Origin: Candidatus Leptofilum sp.
GTDB taxonomy: Bacteria > Chloroflexota > Anaerolineae > Promineifilales > Promineifilaceae
Direction of reading: 5' to 3'
NCBI RefSeq assembly: GCF_965223525.1
Contig: NZ_CBDCWX010000005.1
Coordinates: 323,414 to 387,413 of the forward strand
Length of the DNA stretch: 64,000 bases
Position numbers and translations under genes: made by a program. Below the pieces are notes generated by a model, which made no database searches, was not told the DNA's origin, and saw nothing but the letters and a program-made list of their open reading frames with translations. Shown piece by piece: positions 9,005-17,854 of the stretch; within the stretch, counting starts at the first letter, position 1; each line of letters opens with the position of its first letter.

Positions 9005-9505
9005 ATGGCAGCAGAAGAAAACAAGAAAATTGTTGATGCCATGTATGAGAGTATGAACTTGAACCAAGTTGGCGCGATGAAAAAACATTGGACGCGCAAT
9101 ATGGTTTGGGATGGTCCGGCCGGAATTGGCAAGAAGCATGGTGTAGAACAGTTTGAGGAGGAAGTGAGACGGCCGTTTATTCACGCTTTCCCCGATAAAG
9201 TGGGCGAAGATATCGTGCGCCTCTTTGAGGGAGATTGGGTTGCTGGCACAGGATTTCAGGACGCAACTTTTGCCCATGACTGGTTAGGGATTCCAGGCAC
9301 AGGGAAGCGTGTGCGCGTCCGCTATATGGATTTCTGGCGCATCGAAGAAGAAGACGGCGAACGCAAATTGGCAGAAAATTTCGTTCTGATCGACATCCTC
9401 GGCGTGCTGGAGCAGGCTGGATACGATGTGAAAAAAGTGTTGCAGTTTGTAGGGTCAAAACCCCCTGAATTTTTTGAAAATATAAGCACTCAGTCCCAGA
9501 GGTGA
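9005..9505 (+). CDS. single-domain SnoaL-like / NTF2-superfamily protein (tandem paralog)
   Basis: MAAEENKKIV start parallels MAAEKNKQLV of the upstream gene. Same motif set. The stop TGA lies inside palindrome 9501-9513. Confidence 0.75.
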   Translation: MAAEENKKIVDAMYESMNLNQVGAMKKHWTRNMVWDGPAGIGKKHGVEQFEEEVRRPFIHAFPDKVGEDIVRLFEGDWVAGTGFQDATFAHDWLGIPGTGKRVRVRYMDFWRIEEEDGERKLAENFVLIDILGVLEQAGYDVKKVLQFVGSKPPEFFENISTQSQR

Positions 9506-9563
9506 CAGTCACCTAAAGACGGCTCCATTCTAGCAAACCCTTCTGAGCAGGGTGACTGTCACC
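9501..9563. repeat. paired 13-bp palindromes GGTGACAGTCACC (9501-9513) and GGTGACTGTCACC (9551-9563), copy B
   Basis: Boxes, the AGAG / TGAAC flanks and the 37-nt spacer length are identical to copy A. The spacer sequence is only about 70 percent identical. Lies 35 nt upstream of ATG 9598. Confidence 0.8.
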
Positions 9564-9597
9564 TGAACGATTACTTGAAAATATTGAATAAATTGAC

Positions 9598-10605
9598 ATG
9601 ACAGATATTCACCAACAAAACAAGCAGCTAATTGGAAAATTGAGAGCCGCCCTTTACGATATTGACAAAGGACAGCTAAAAAAACAGCTTAACGCGGTCT
9701 TTGCGCCGGATTGTGAGATTCATCTGGCCTTTCCATTTGAAGATTTGGCTGGGCCGGATGGGTTGTTTGACGTGTATCGGGGGTTGTTAACGGCCGTTCC
9801 CGACCTAGAGCGCCGCGACTTCATCTTCATGGCAGGGGAGGCGAACGGGAACAACTGGGTCGGCTGCGGTGGGCATTACCTGGGCGTGTTTGAGAATCAT
9901 TGGCTCGACATTCCCCCCACCCAGCACCTCATCTTCATGCGCTACCACGAGTTTTTCCGCATCGAAGAGAACCAAATAGTCGAGATGCAAGCCCTGTGGG
10001 ACATTCCCCAACTCATGATGCAGGCTAACGCCTGGCCGATGACCCCTAGCCTTGGCGTAGAGTGCGTCGTGCCCGGCCCAGCTTTGCAGGACGGCATCAT
10101 CACCGCCCCCTATGACCAAGCAAAAGCAGATGCCAGCGTCAAGCTGGTGCTGGATATGGTGTCGGGCTTGAAAAACTCGCCGCAGGGCGCAGAAGCGATG
10201 GAATTGGATCGTTTCTGGCATCCAAAAATGAACTGGTACGGCCCCGCTGGTATTGGCTCTGCCCGCCGCTTATCCGGCTTCCGCAACTGGCATCAAATCC
10301 CGTTCTTAAAAGCAATGCCCGATCGCACCATCATTTTGGACAAAGGCGTTCTCTTTGGCGACGGCAATTACGTCGGCTTCACCGCCTGGCCCGTCATGTG
10401 GATGACGGTCAGCGGTGATGGCTGGCTGGGCATTGCGCCTGCCAATCAAAAGATAACGATGCGTAGTCTTGATTTTTGGCGTTGTGAAAACGGCCGTTTG
10501 CGGGAAAATTGGGTGTTGGTTGATATTTTAGACGTTTATAACCAGCTTGGCGTGGACGTATTCTCTCGAATGAAGGAATTGACCGTTGCTCGACAGCCAA
10601 TTTAA
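9598..10605 (+). CDS. two-domain SnoaL-like / NTF2-superfamily protein
   Basis: 335 aa. The C-terminal module carries W.GPAGIG ... LDFWRCENGRLRENWVLVDILDVYNQLG. The N-terminal module is a more diverged copy (HEFFRIEENQIVEMQALWD). Confidence 0.7.
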   Translation: MTDIHQQNKQLIGKLRAALYDIDKGQLKKQLNAVFAPDCEIHLAFPFEDLAGPDGLFDVYRGLLTAVPDLERRDFIFMAGEANGNNWVGCGGHYLGVFENHWLDIPPTQHLIFMRYHEFFRIEENQIVEMQALWDIPQLMMQANAWPMTPSLGVECVVPGPALQDGIITAPYDQAKADASVKLVLDMVSGLKNSPQGAEAMELDRFWHPKMNWYGPAGIGSARRLSGFRNWHQIPFLKAMPDRTIILDKGVLFGDGNYVGFTAWPVMWMTVSGDGWLGIAPANQKITMRSLDFWRCENGRLRENWVLVDILDVYNQLGVDVFSRMKELTVARQPI

Positions 10606-10645
10606 CCATTCAGTTTTCACACCACAAGGGGAGCACAAAAAGTTC

Positions 10646-11809
10646 ATGAAGACCTTTAAATTTCAAGCCAGAACCAAACTTATTGCTGGCTCAGATTCCG
10701 TGCAGCAGCTTGGCACAGAAGTCAATGCTTTAGGCGTCAACCACGTTATGGTCGTAACGGATAAGGGAATTGTGGCTGCCGGGCTGTTGGATAGGGTGAT
10801 ACGGCCGTTGCACAAGAGTAACATCACGACAACCATCTTTGATCAAGTCGAACCAAACCCAACGGATGAGACTGCCCTGATTGGCGGCCGCCGGGCCAAA
10901 GAGGAAGGCGCACAAGCCATTGTGGCCGTAGGTGGCGGCAGTCCAATTGATGCCGCCAAAGCCATTGCCGTCATGGCAGCCAATGATGGCCCATTTGTGG
11001 ATTATTGTGGCGCTGGGGGTGATCCATGGCCCAACACACCATTGCCTATCATTGCCATACCCACAACGGCCGGAACAGGTGCCGAGGTCAGTGCCGCCGG
11101 CATGATCAACCTGCCAAAACAAGGGCGAAAAGTAGACATCTTTGGCGCCTCTATTTTGCCCAAGGTCGCCATTGCCGATGCCAACCTGACGATCACGCTG
11201 CCACCCCATTTAACCGCGTGGACGGGGGTTGATGCGTTAAGCCACGCAGTCGAAGCTTACCTCTGCCTTGGTGCAAATCCTGTATCCGATGCCATAGCAG
11301 AAGGGGCAATAAGCTTGGTTGCCCAAAATATTCGTCGCGCTTATGAAGATGGCAGCGACCTGGAAGCACGACACAATATGTTGGTTGCCAGTGCCATGGC
11401 GGTCATCGCTGCCTCAGGCGCAGCGGGACTCGGCGTGATCCACTCATTGGCCCAAACCCTGGGTGGGTTTTACGACTTGCCCCACGGTCTGACTATTGCC
11501 GTCTGTTTTGCTGATGGACTGGCTTATAATCTACCTGCTTTGCCGGAAAAGTATGCCACAATCGCTCGTTTGCTAGGGGTAGATACCAGCAAAATGACAA
11601 TGGAAGAGGCCGCAAAATCTGTGATTCCAGCAATCCGTCAGCTCAATGCAGACTTAAATATTACCGATACGTATGCCAGCATGAAGGTTCAGCGGGATGA
11701 TATACCCCAATTAGCGGAGTATGCCTTGCTGGATGGGTGTACACCAACCAATCCCCGTCCCTTGACACACGAAGCATTTGTCGAGTTGTTTGAAGGCGGT
11801 TTTTATTAA
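10646..11809 (+). CDS. iron-containing (group III) alcohol dehydrogenase
   Basis: MKTFKF start with AAGGGGA RBS. GGGSPIDAAKAIA dinucleotide motif, metal-binding His cluster region (DALSHAVEAY, HSLAQTLGG...PHG). Confidence 0.85.
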   Translation: MKTFKFQARTKLIAGSDSVQQLGTEVNALGVNHVMVVTDKGIVAAGLLDRVIRPLHKSNITTTIFDQVEPNPTDETALIGGRRAKEEGAQAIVAVGGGSPIDAAKAIAVMAANDGPFVDYCGAGGDPWPNTPLPIIAIPTTAGTGAEVSAAGMINLPKQGRKVDIFGASILPKVAIADANLTITLPPHLTAWTGVDALSHAVEAYLCLGANPVSDAIAEGAISLVAQNIRRAYEDGSDLEARHNMLVASAMAVIAASGAAGLGVIHSLAQTLGGFYDLPHGLTIAVCFADGLAYNLPALPEKYATIARLLGVDTSKMTMEEAAKSVIPAIRQLNADLNITDTYASMKVQRDDIPQLAEYALLDGCTPTNPRPLTHEAFVELFEGGFY

Positions 11810-11822
11810 TTTGGTGAGACAT

Positions 11823-12836
11823 ATGAGCAAATATCAAACCACAAAAAAAATTGTAAGTAATTATTTTGAAGCGATGGAAAATGCTTCCTCTGAAACCGTT
11901 GGCGATGTGTTAGCTTCCTTCACCAGCGAAAACTACTATTGGCGGGGCGTATACCCCTTCCGGGAACTGCACGGAGCCGAAGCAGTCGCTAAAACCTTTT
12001 GGACACCCCTCATGCAATCGTTATCCCGAATGCAGCGTCGCCAGGATATTTTCATTGGCGGCACCAATGAAATTAGCGGCGAGCAGTGGGTGATGAGCAT
12101 GGGCAACTTTATGGGGCTGTTTGATGCCGACTGGCTGGGCATTCCCCGCACTCGCAAAATCGCCAACCTGCGCTATGCCGAGTTTAACTGTGTAGAAAAC
12201 GGCAAAATCAGCCAAACGGGCATTTTTATTGACATAATCAGCCTGATGGTTCAGGCAGGCGTTTATCCGCTTCCGCCCTCAACTGGCGTTTATTACAACT
12301 ATCCTGGCCCACGCACCCACGATGGCCTGCTTTTTGAGGATGCGCCAGAGGGAGCGGGCGTTGTTACCTTGGCACTCGTCAACGAAATGATTCAAGATTT
12401 GAGGGATCTAAACGAAAGCGGATCAATGGGCTGCCCGCCAGAAATTTTGGAACGCACCTGGCACGACGATATGATCTGGTATGGGCCAGCCGGGATTGGC
12501 GCGACCTACACCATCCCCCGCTACCAAGAGCAGCATCAGCTCCCCTTCCGCCGCAATTTGGCCGACAAGAAGTTTCACGGCCACGTCTGCCGCTTTGCCG
12601 AGGGTAATTATGCTTGTTTTTTTGGCTGGCCGAATTTGTCTAACCGCCCGCTGGGTGGCTTTATGGGCTTGCCCCAAAGCGATGTGCAGGCCGAGATGCA
12701 GGTGGTGGATGTTTATCGGCGCGAGGGAGACAAGCTGGCTGAAAACTGGGTGTTTATTGACATTCTTTACTGGCTCAGACAGCAAGGGCTAGACGTACTT
12801 GGCCGTTCACAAAGAATAACGAACACATCGCTGTAA
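11823..12836 (+). CDS. two-domain SnoaL-like / NTF2-superfamily protein
   Basis: MSKYQTTKK start. N-terminal module ...ANLRYAEFNCVENGKISQTGIFIDIISLM. C-terminal module W.GPAGIG ... VVDVYRREGDKLAENWVFIDILYWLRQQG. Confidence 0.7.
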   Translation: MSKYQTTKKIVSNYFEAMENASSETVGDVLASFTSENYYWRGVYPFRELHGAEAVAKTFWTPLMQSLSRMQRRQDIFIGGTNEISGEQWVMSMGNFMGLFDADWLGIPRTRKIANLRYAEFNCVENGKISQTGIFIDIISLMVQAGVYPLPPSTGVYYNYPGPRTHDGLLFEDAPEGAGVVTLALVNEMIQDLRDLNESGSMGCPPEILERTWHDDMIWYGPAGIGATYTIPRYQEQHQLPFRRNLADKKFHGHVCRFAEGNYACFFGWPNLSNRPLGGFMGLPQSDVQAEMQVVDVYRREGDKLAENWVFIDILYWLRQQGLDVLGRSQRITNTSL

Positions 12837-12845
12837 TTATGCACC

Positions 12846-13733
12846 ATGCACACCAAAGCCCTGCCTTACATTTTGCTGCTCAGTCTGTTTTGGGGAACCA
12901 ATGTGGTTGCCAGCCGCTTTGGCATTGGCGAATTTGATCCCTATCTTTTCGTCACCCTCCGTTTAGCAATAGCCACCCTGTTTTTTGTACCCATCTTGCT
13001 CCTAAACCAGGGCCAGCTGCCGACAAACCGAGAATTATGGCAAAAAGCGGCCGTTAGTGGTGTGCTGGGGGTTGCCATTCCCATCCCCACCTTTATTTTG
13101 TCATTGCAATACCAATCAAGCGGCGTTGCCAGCATCTATGTGACCACTCTGCCCGTGATGATTGTCATTGCCGCTCATTTTCTACTGCCCGATGACCCCA
13201 TAACGCGCCACAAAGCCTTGGGAGTGGCTTTGGCACTGTGCGGCGCACTCTTTTTGGCTTTGCGTGGCGAAAGCGGCTTGGCCGATGTAGGTCGTGCCAG
13301 TCCATTGGGCTTTCTTCTGGTCATGGTTGGTTTGGTTTCAGAAGTGTTCAATACGATATTTGTCCGCCTTCAGATGCAAAAGTTAGACCCGATGCAGGTA
13401 ACGGCCGTTCGCCTACTGGTCGCTGCAATTATCGTTTTATTCGTCACGCTGCTGTTGGGTGATTTTTCACTTGCAAAAGTAACGTTAAATGGTTATTTCT
13501 CGTTGGCTTACGCCGCACTTATTGGTGCATTAGGTGGTCAATTTATGGCCTTCTACGTCCAGCGACGATTTGGCGCCACAGCCTTTTCTCTCACCTCCTT
13601 TATGGTGCCGGTCATCGCCACGATTTTTGGCGCACTCCTGCTTGGTGAAATTGTGACATGGGCAATGGGTCTTGGCGTTTTGCTGATTGGCAGCGGCTTG
13701 TATCTGCTCAATAGGCGTAACTTTGCTCACTAA
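12846..13733 (+). CDS. EamA/DMT-family transporter
   Basis: 295 aa, about 10 TM helices arranged as two EamA-like halves. Confidence 0.75.
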   Translation: MHTKALPYILLLSLFWGTNVVASRFGIGEFDPYLFVTLRLAIATLFFVPILLLNQGQLPTNRELWQKAAVSGVLGVAIPIPTFILSLQYQSSGVASIYVTTLPVMIVIAAHFLLPDDPITRHKALGVALALCGALFLALRGESGLADVGRASPLGFLLVMVGLVSEVFNTIFVRLQMQKLDPMQVTAVRLLVAAIIVLFVTLLLGDFSLAKVTLNGYFSLAYAALIGALGGQFMAFYVQRRFGATAFSLTSFMVPVIATIFGALLLGEIVTWAMGLGVLLIGSGLYLLNRRNFAH

Positions 13734-13772
13734 ATGCGCCTGTTAATCCTGTCTCGAGTTCCTTTTTTAACC

Positions 13773-13801
13773 TTGACAAGAAATCGTTTTCCGACTATAT
13801 T
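13773..13801 (+). promoter_or_regulatory. sigma-70-type promoter of the LacI-family gene
   Basis: TTGACA (13773-13778), 17-nt spacer, TATATT (13796-13801). Confidence 0.5.
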
Positions 13802-13828
13802 TTTTGATGAATAGGAAATCGTTTTCCT
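13780..13828. promoter_or_regulatory. two LacI-type operator candidates GAAATCGTTTTCC
   Basis: The identical 13-mer occurs at 13780-13792 (inside the promoter spacer) and within the near-palindrome AGGAAATCGTTTTCCT (13813-13828). Central CG is typical of LacI-family operators. Confidence 0.45.
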
Positions 13829-13853
13829 ATTTTCCTATGGAAGAGGAAGATTT

Positions 13854-14867
13854 ATGGCTATAACAATTCAAGACATTGCCAATCACCTCAACTTAGCACC
13901 TTCGACTGTCTCTAAAGCATTAAACGACTATCCGCACATCTCACCAAATACACGAAGCCGGGTTTTGACGGCCGCACGAGAGCTGGATTATGTACCCAGT
14001 GCCGCTGCCCGTAACTTGCGCCGTCGTCGTACAGACAAGATTGGGTTTTCCTTTAGCTTTCCGTTTTCTGTAATGAGTGATTATGTTTCTGGTCTTATTG
14101 CTGGTGCGGTGACTGCCGCTGAAGAACAAGGTTACAATTTAACCTTGTACCCCCTGTTAGATGATCAAGTAAGGCAATTGACTCAAATTTGCCGTGCCCG
14201 CGAAGTGGATGGCCTGCTTCTGCTGGGTCGGCCGCAAATGGCGGAAACCACTCTGCCTTTGCTAAAGCAGGAGGGCATTCCTTTTGTTGTAGTTGGGCGC
14301 TGGGCGGAAGACCAAGACATCTCTTTTGTTAAGCCAGATGATCCCAGCGGGGCTGTAGCCGTAACCAAACATTTGATTGAGTTAGGCCATCAGCGCATTG
14401 GCTTTACTACACGGCCGTCTATGGGTATCACCAGCCGTGATCGGTTTGCAGGTTATAAGCAGGCGCTTGAGGAAGCAAATATCCCCTTTGACAAAACTTT
14501 GGTTGTAGAAACCAATTTTGAACCAGAAAGTAGCTACTTAGCCATGAATCAACTGCTTGATTTAGATGAGCCACCAACGGCCGTATTTGCCATTCATGAT
14601 TTAGTTGCAGTGGACTGCTTACGAGCCGCAGTAGATCGTGGCTTACGCGTTCCCCAAGACATTGCCATTGCCGGGTTTGACGACTGGCGTATTTCCCTCA
14701 CAACACAGCCACCATTAACAACTGTTCAGGCTCCGCTGGAAAAGATGGGAGCATGTGCAATGGACATTTTGTTAGCACAAATATCTGATCCCAGCCGCCC
14801 GCCTAAACGCCTGATTTTGCCCGTTGAACTGATTGTCCGTCAATCCACAAAAGTTAGCCGACTGTGA
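13854..14867 (+). CDS. LacI-family transcriptional regulator (complete)
   Basis: N-terminal HTH (ITIQDIANHLNLAPSTVSKALN...SRVLTAARELDYVPSAAARNLR) plus a periplasmic-binding-protein-like effector domain. Confidence 0.9.
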   Translation: MAITIQDIANHLNLAPSTVSKALNDYPHISPNTRSRVLTAARELDYVPSAAARNLRRRRTDKIGFSFSFPFSVMSDYVSGLIAGAVTAAEEQGYNLTLYPLLDDQVRQLTQICRAREVDGLLLLGRPQMAETTLPLLKQEGIPFVVVGRWAEDQDISFVKPDDPSGAVAVTKHLIELGHQRIGFTTRPSMGITSRDRFAGYKQALEEANIPFDKTLVVETNFEPESSYLAMNQLLDLDEPPTAVFAIHDLVAVDCLRAAVDRGLRVPQDIAIAGFDDWRISLTTQPPLTTVQAPLEKMGACAMDILLAQISDPSRPPKRLILPVELIVRQSTKVSRL

Positions 14868-15137
14868 AAATTAGATATAGCTAAAGCATATTCTTGCGAC
14901 GAACAACAAGATAATAGAAATACAAAGAGCCATTCTGCACCCTGGAAAAGTAAAGAATGGCTCACAAATACCAAAGGGTAGCGTTTACTACCGCTTGGCG
15001 GTTTCCAGTATAGCCCAAACAAGCCAAGAAGGATAGTTCATGTCGCCCAACGATTAGCTGAGGAGGTGATGTAACGATCCATTACATGAAGTGCTTTCCC
15101 GCAAAATTAGTTCTAAAAATATAGGAGAAGATTTATA

Positions 15138-16562
15138 ATGAAAAACACACGCTTATTCAGTTTACTCTTATTACTAATTGCCGCCGTCTTCTTTGTGGCT
15201 TGCGGCTCATCCGGTGACGAAGGCAGTGAAGACACAGCCGAAGACACCACATCGAATGCTGAAGTAGCAGAAGACACCGATGAAGAGATGGACGAAGAAA
15301 TGGCAGAAGATGCGGATGAAGACATGGCAGAAGATATGGGTGTTGAAGGATGCCATATCGCTGCCCCAGCCGAAGACACCGAAATCAACATGATTGGTTG
15401 GTCCTTCCCCATCACCGACTTCTACGCTGAAGAGTTAGAAAAGTGCAACGGTGTGGAGAACCTCACCGTCAACACTAACCTGCTGGCTGGAGCCGATGCC
15501 CAAGAGCAAGTTCGCTTGGCACTGTCCGGCGGTGGTGATTCGCCATTCGATATTGTGCATGGTGCCAATGGTCAGGTAGCTGAATGGGGCGGCCCTGGCT
15601 GGCTGATGCCACTCAACGATTTGGTTGATAAATATTGGGATGAATACAACCTCGGTGATATTCCTGAAACTGTTTGGGAAGGGGCAACAATAGATGGCAA
15701 TATTGTTGGCATTCCAATGGTAGGGAATACGCTGCACTTTATCTACCGTCAAGATACCTTTGATGAGTTAGGTCTAGACGTGCCAGAAACGTATGACGAT
15801 GTTATCGCCATCTGCAACACCGTCGGTCTGGATAATCCCGATTGGGATATGCCGTTTGCCATCGATTTATCGCGCTCCAGGGGTTGGGAGCTTGAGTTCT
15901 TTATGCTGCTCCGAGCCTACGGTGGTGATTACCTGGATGATGATAACATGCCAATCTTCAATGGTGAAGAGGGTGTTTTGGCAATTGAAAAAATTGTTGA
16001 GGTAGCGAATGCTTGTTTAGGTGAAGACGGCCTCTCTTTCAGCCTAAATGACCAGGAAGTTGCTATGCAGCTAGGTACGTTACCGTCTACAAAAATGTGG
16101 GCTAGCCGAGCAGCCAACATGAGCGATCCAGAAAGAACTGATCTGATGGATGTGATCGCCTACGCACCTGCCCCTCGGGTAGTTGAAGGTGGCCCACGCG
16201 CAGGGTCAGCCTGGAACGATTACTTCATGATTCCGGCCACCACAACAAACGATCCCGACCTGATCTTCCGTATCATCATGGAAGCAGCCGATGAGGCTTC
16301 TCAGCAAGAGGCGGCTACATTGGGCATGGTTACACGCACGTCTGCAGCTGAATTTGGTGGCCCTTATCTGCCAGCCGCAAATCAAACCATTGCGGAAGGT
16401 GTTGGTAACTACCAAATAAACCCAGCTGTAAACATCGCTATTACTAAACTTGAGGAGTTTTTACCATTAGTGGGCAATGGCGATATGACTGCCCAAGAAG
16501 CGCTGGATGCAGCGGCTGAAGCATACATTGAAGAAGCCACAGCTCAAGGTTTCATAGAATAG
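15138..16562 (+). CDS. ABC transporter solute-binding lipoprotein, paralog of 1953-3356, no adjacent permeases
   Basis: Same signal peptide/lipobox (FFVAC-GSS) and an acidic tether with one extra DADEDMAE-type unit. About 80 percent identity by eye. AGGAGAAG RBS. Confidence 0.85.
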   Translation: MKNTRLFSLLLLLIAAVFFVACGSSGDEGSEDTAEDTTSNAEVAEDTDEEMDEEMAEDADEDMAEDMGVEGCHIAAPAEDTEINMIGWSFPITDFYAEELEKCNGVENLTVNTNLLAGADAQEQVRLALSGGGDSPFDIVHGANGQVAEWGGPGWLMPLNDLVDKYWDEYNLGDIPETVWEGATIDGNIVGIPMVGNTLHFIYRQDTFDELGLDVPETYDDVIAICNTVGLDNPDWDMPFAIDLSRSRGWELEFFMLLRAYGGDYLDDDNMPIFNGEEGVLAIEKIVEVANACLGEDGLSFSLNDQEVAMQLGTLPSTKMWASRAANMSDPERTDLMDVIAYAPAPRVVEGGPRAGSAWNDYFMIPATTTNDPDLIFRIIMEAADEASQQEAATLGMVTRTSAAEFGGPYLPAANQTIAEGVGNYQINPAVNIAITKLEEFLPLVGNGDMTAQEALDAAAEAYIEEATAQGFIE

Positions 16563-16729
16563 ACGGCTAACATAATTAGTCATACAATTGAGTAACCAAT
16601 GAGGAGAAGGCATCCTCAGATGCGTTTCTGGTAAATTAGCCATTGGCATTTGAGAATGCTCACTCCTCATTTTTTATTGGCATCTGCTTTTACAGCTTGG
16701 GCTGACAGCCCTCATTGGGTTTTTAGGTT

Positions 16730-17713
16730 ATGAACCAACAGATTAAACAATTCGTCTGGGATTATTGGCAAACGATGGAAAATGGAGGTGATGCTCGCAC
16801 TGTTTCTCACTATTTACATCTTGATGTCATTTGGCACGGCTTTCAACCGCTGCGCCATCTAAAGGGTGCATCTGAAGTATGGGCACAGTTTTGGAAACCC
16901 CTGTTTACGGCCATGCCAGATTTGGTGAGACGGCCGTATCTCTTCATCGGTGGCCCGTTTGAAGGGAATGATTGGGTGTGCGGCACGGGGGATTTCATCG
17001 GCACTTTTGCCACAGATTGGCAAGTGGGGGATATTGTCATTCCTGCCAACGGCCGTTCTGTTCATTTTCGCTTTGGCGAATTTTGTCGGGTAACAGATGG
17101 CAAAATTGCCGAAATTCGACTCATCATTGACCTAATTGATTTGCTAAGGCAGGTTGGAATACAGTTATTGCCGCCCAGCTACGGCCGTGACATTTGGATT
17201 CCAGGGCCGTTAGCAGGCGACGGCCTCTGCCTTGACCATCAAGACGAAGATGAATCACAAAAAACCTATGCGCTTGTCACCGAGATGATTTTTGGCGGAC
17301 TGAACAAATACGACGGCGAAAATCAGGCCAGCCAGGGGTTAGAACGTTTTTGGCAACCAGACATGGTGTGGCACGGGCCTGTTGGCGTTGGGTCAGCCTA
17401 TGGCCTGGCGGAGTTCAAACAGAACGCGCAGGGGCCAATTGTGCGAGCTTTTCCAGATCGCAAGGGGGTTGGTCACCAGGCACGTATTGCCGACGGCCGT
17501 TTCGCCGCATCAACCGGCTGGCCGAGTCTAGGCGGAACCCATCTGAACCCTTACCTGAATTGGCCACCAACTGGCGAACCCATCGGCTGGAACATTATGG
17601 ATTTTTGGCGACGCGAAGGGAACAAACTGCAAGAAAATTGGGTCTTGATCGATCTGATTGACGCCGCTTTGGCCTCAAACGTTGATTTATTACAAGGGTT
17701 GCACCATGCTTGA
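16730..17713 (+). CDS. two-domain SnoaL-like / NTF2-superfamily protein
   Basis: 327 aa. The C-terminal module has W.GPVGVG ... IMDFWRREGNKLQENWVLIDLID. The N-terminal module has ...FRFGEFCRVTDGKIAEIRLIIDLIDLL. Confidence 0.7.
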   Translation: MNQQIKQFVWDYWQTMENGGDARTVSHYLHLDVIWHGFQPLRHLKGASEVWAQFWKPLFTAMPDLVRRPYLFIGGPFEGNDWVCGTGDFIGTFATDWQVGDIVIPANGRSVHFRFGEFCRVTDGKIAEIRLIIDLIDLLRQVGIQLLPPSYGRDIWIPGPLAGDGLCLDHQDEDESQKTYALVTEMIFGGLNKYDGENQASQGLERFWQPDMVWHGPVGVGSAYGLAEFKQNAQGPIVRAFPDRKGVGHQARIADGRFAASTGWPSLGGTHLNPYLNWPPTGEPIGWNIMDFWRREGNKLQENWVLIDLIDAALASNVDLLQGLHHA

Positions 17714-17765
17714 AAATTCATTTGACCATATTTTTGTTCTCAACGACTCATGATGAGACGTTGAA

Positions 17766-17820
17766 TGTAGCCGCAGCTTCTTACTGCGTTCCAGAAGCGC
17801 GGAAAGAATCCGCGGCTACA
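17766..17820. repeat. imperfect long hairpin between convergent genes, containing the 23-mer GCGCGGAAAGAATCCGCGGCTAC
   Basis: TGTAGCCGC ... GCGGCTACA outer stem. The 23-mer (17797-17819) recurs exactly at 38964-38986. Confidence 0.6.
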
Positions 17821-17854
17821 CATCTCATTTTGCACTTGGCTTTGTGCGGGTTAC

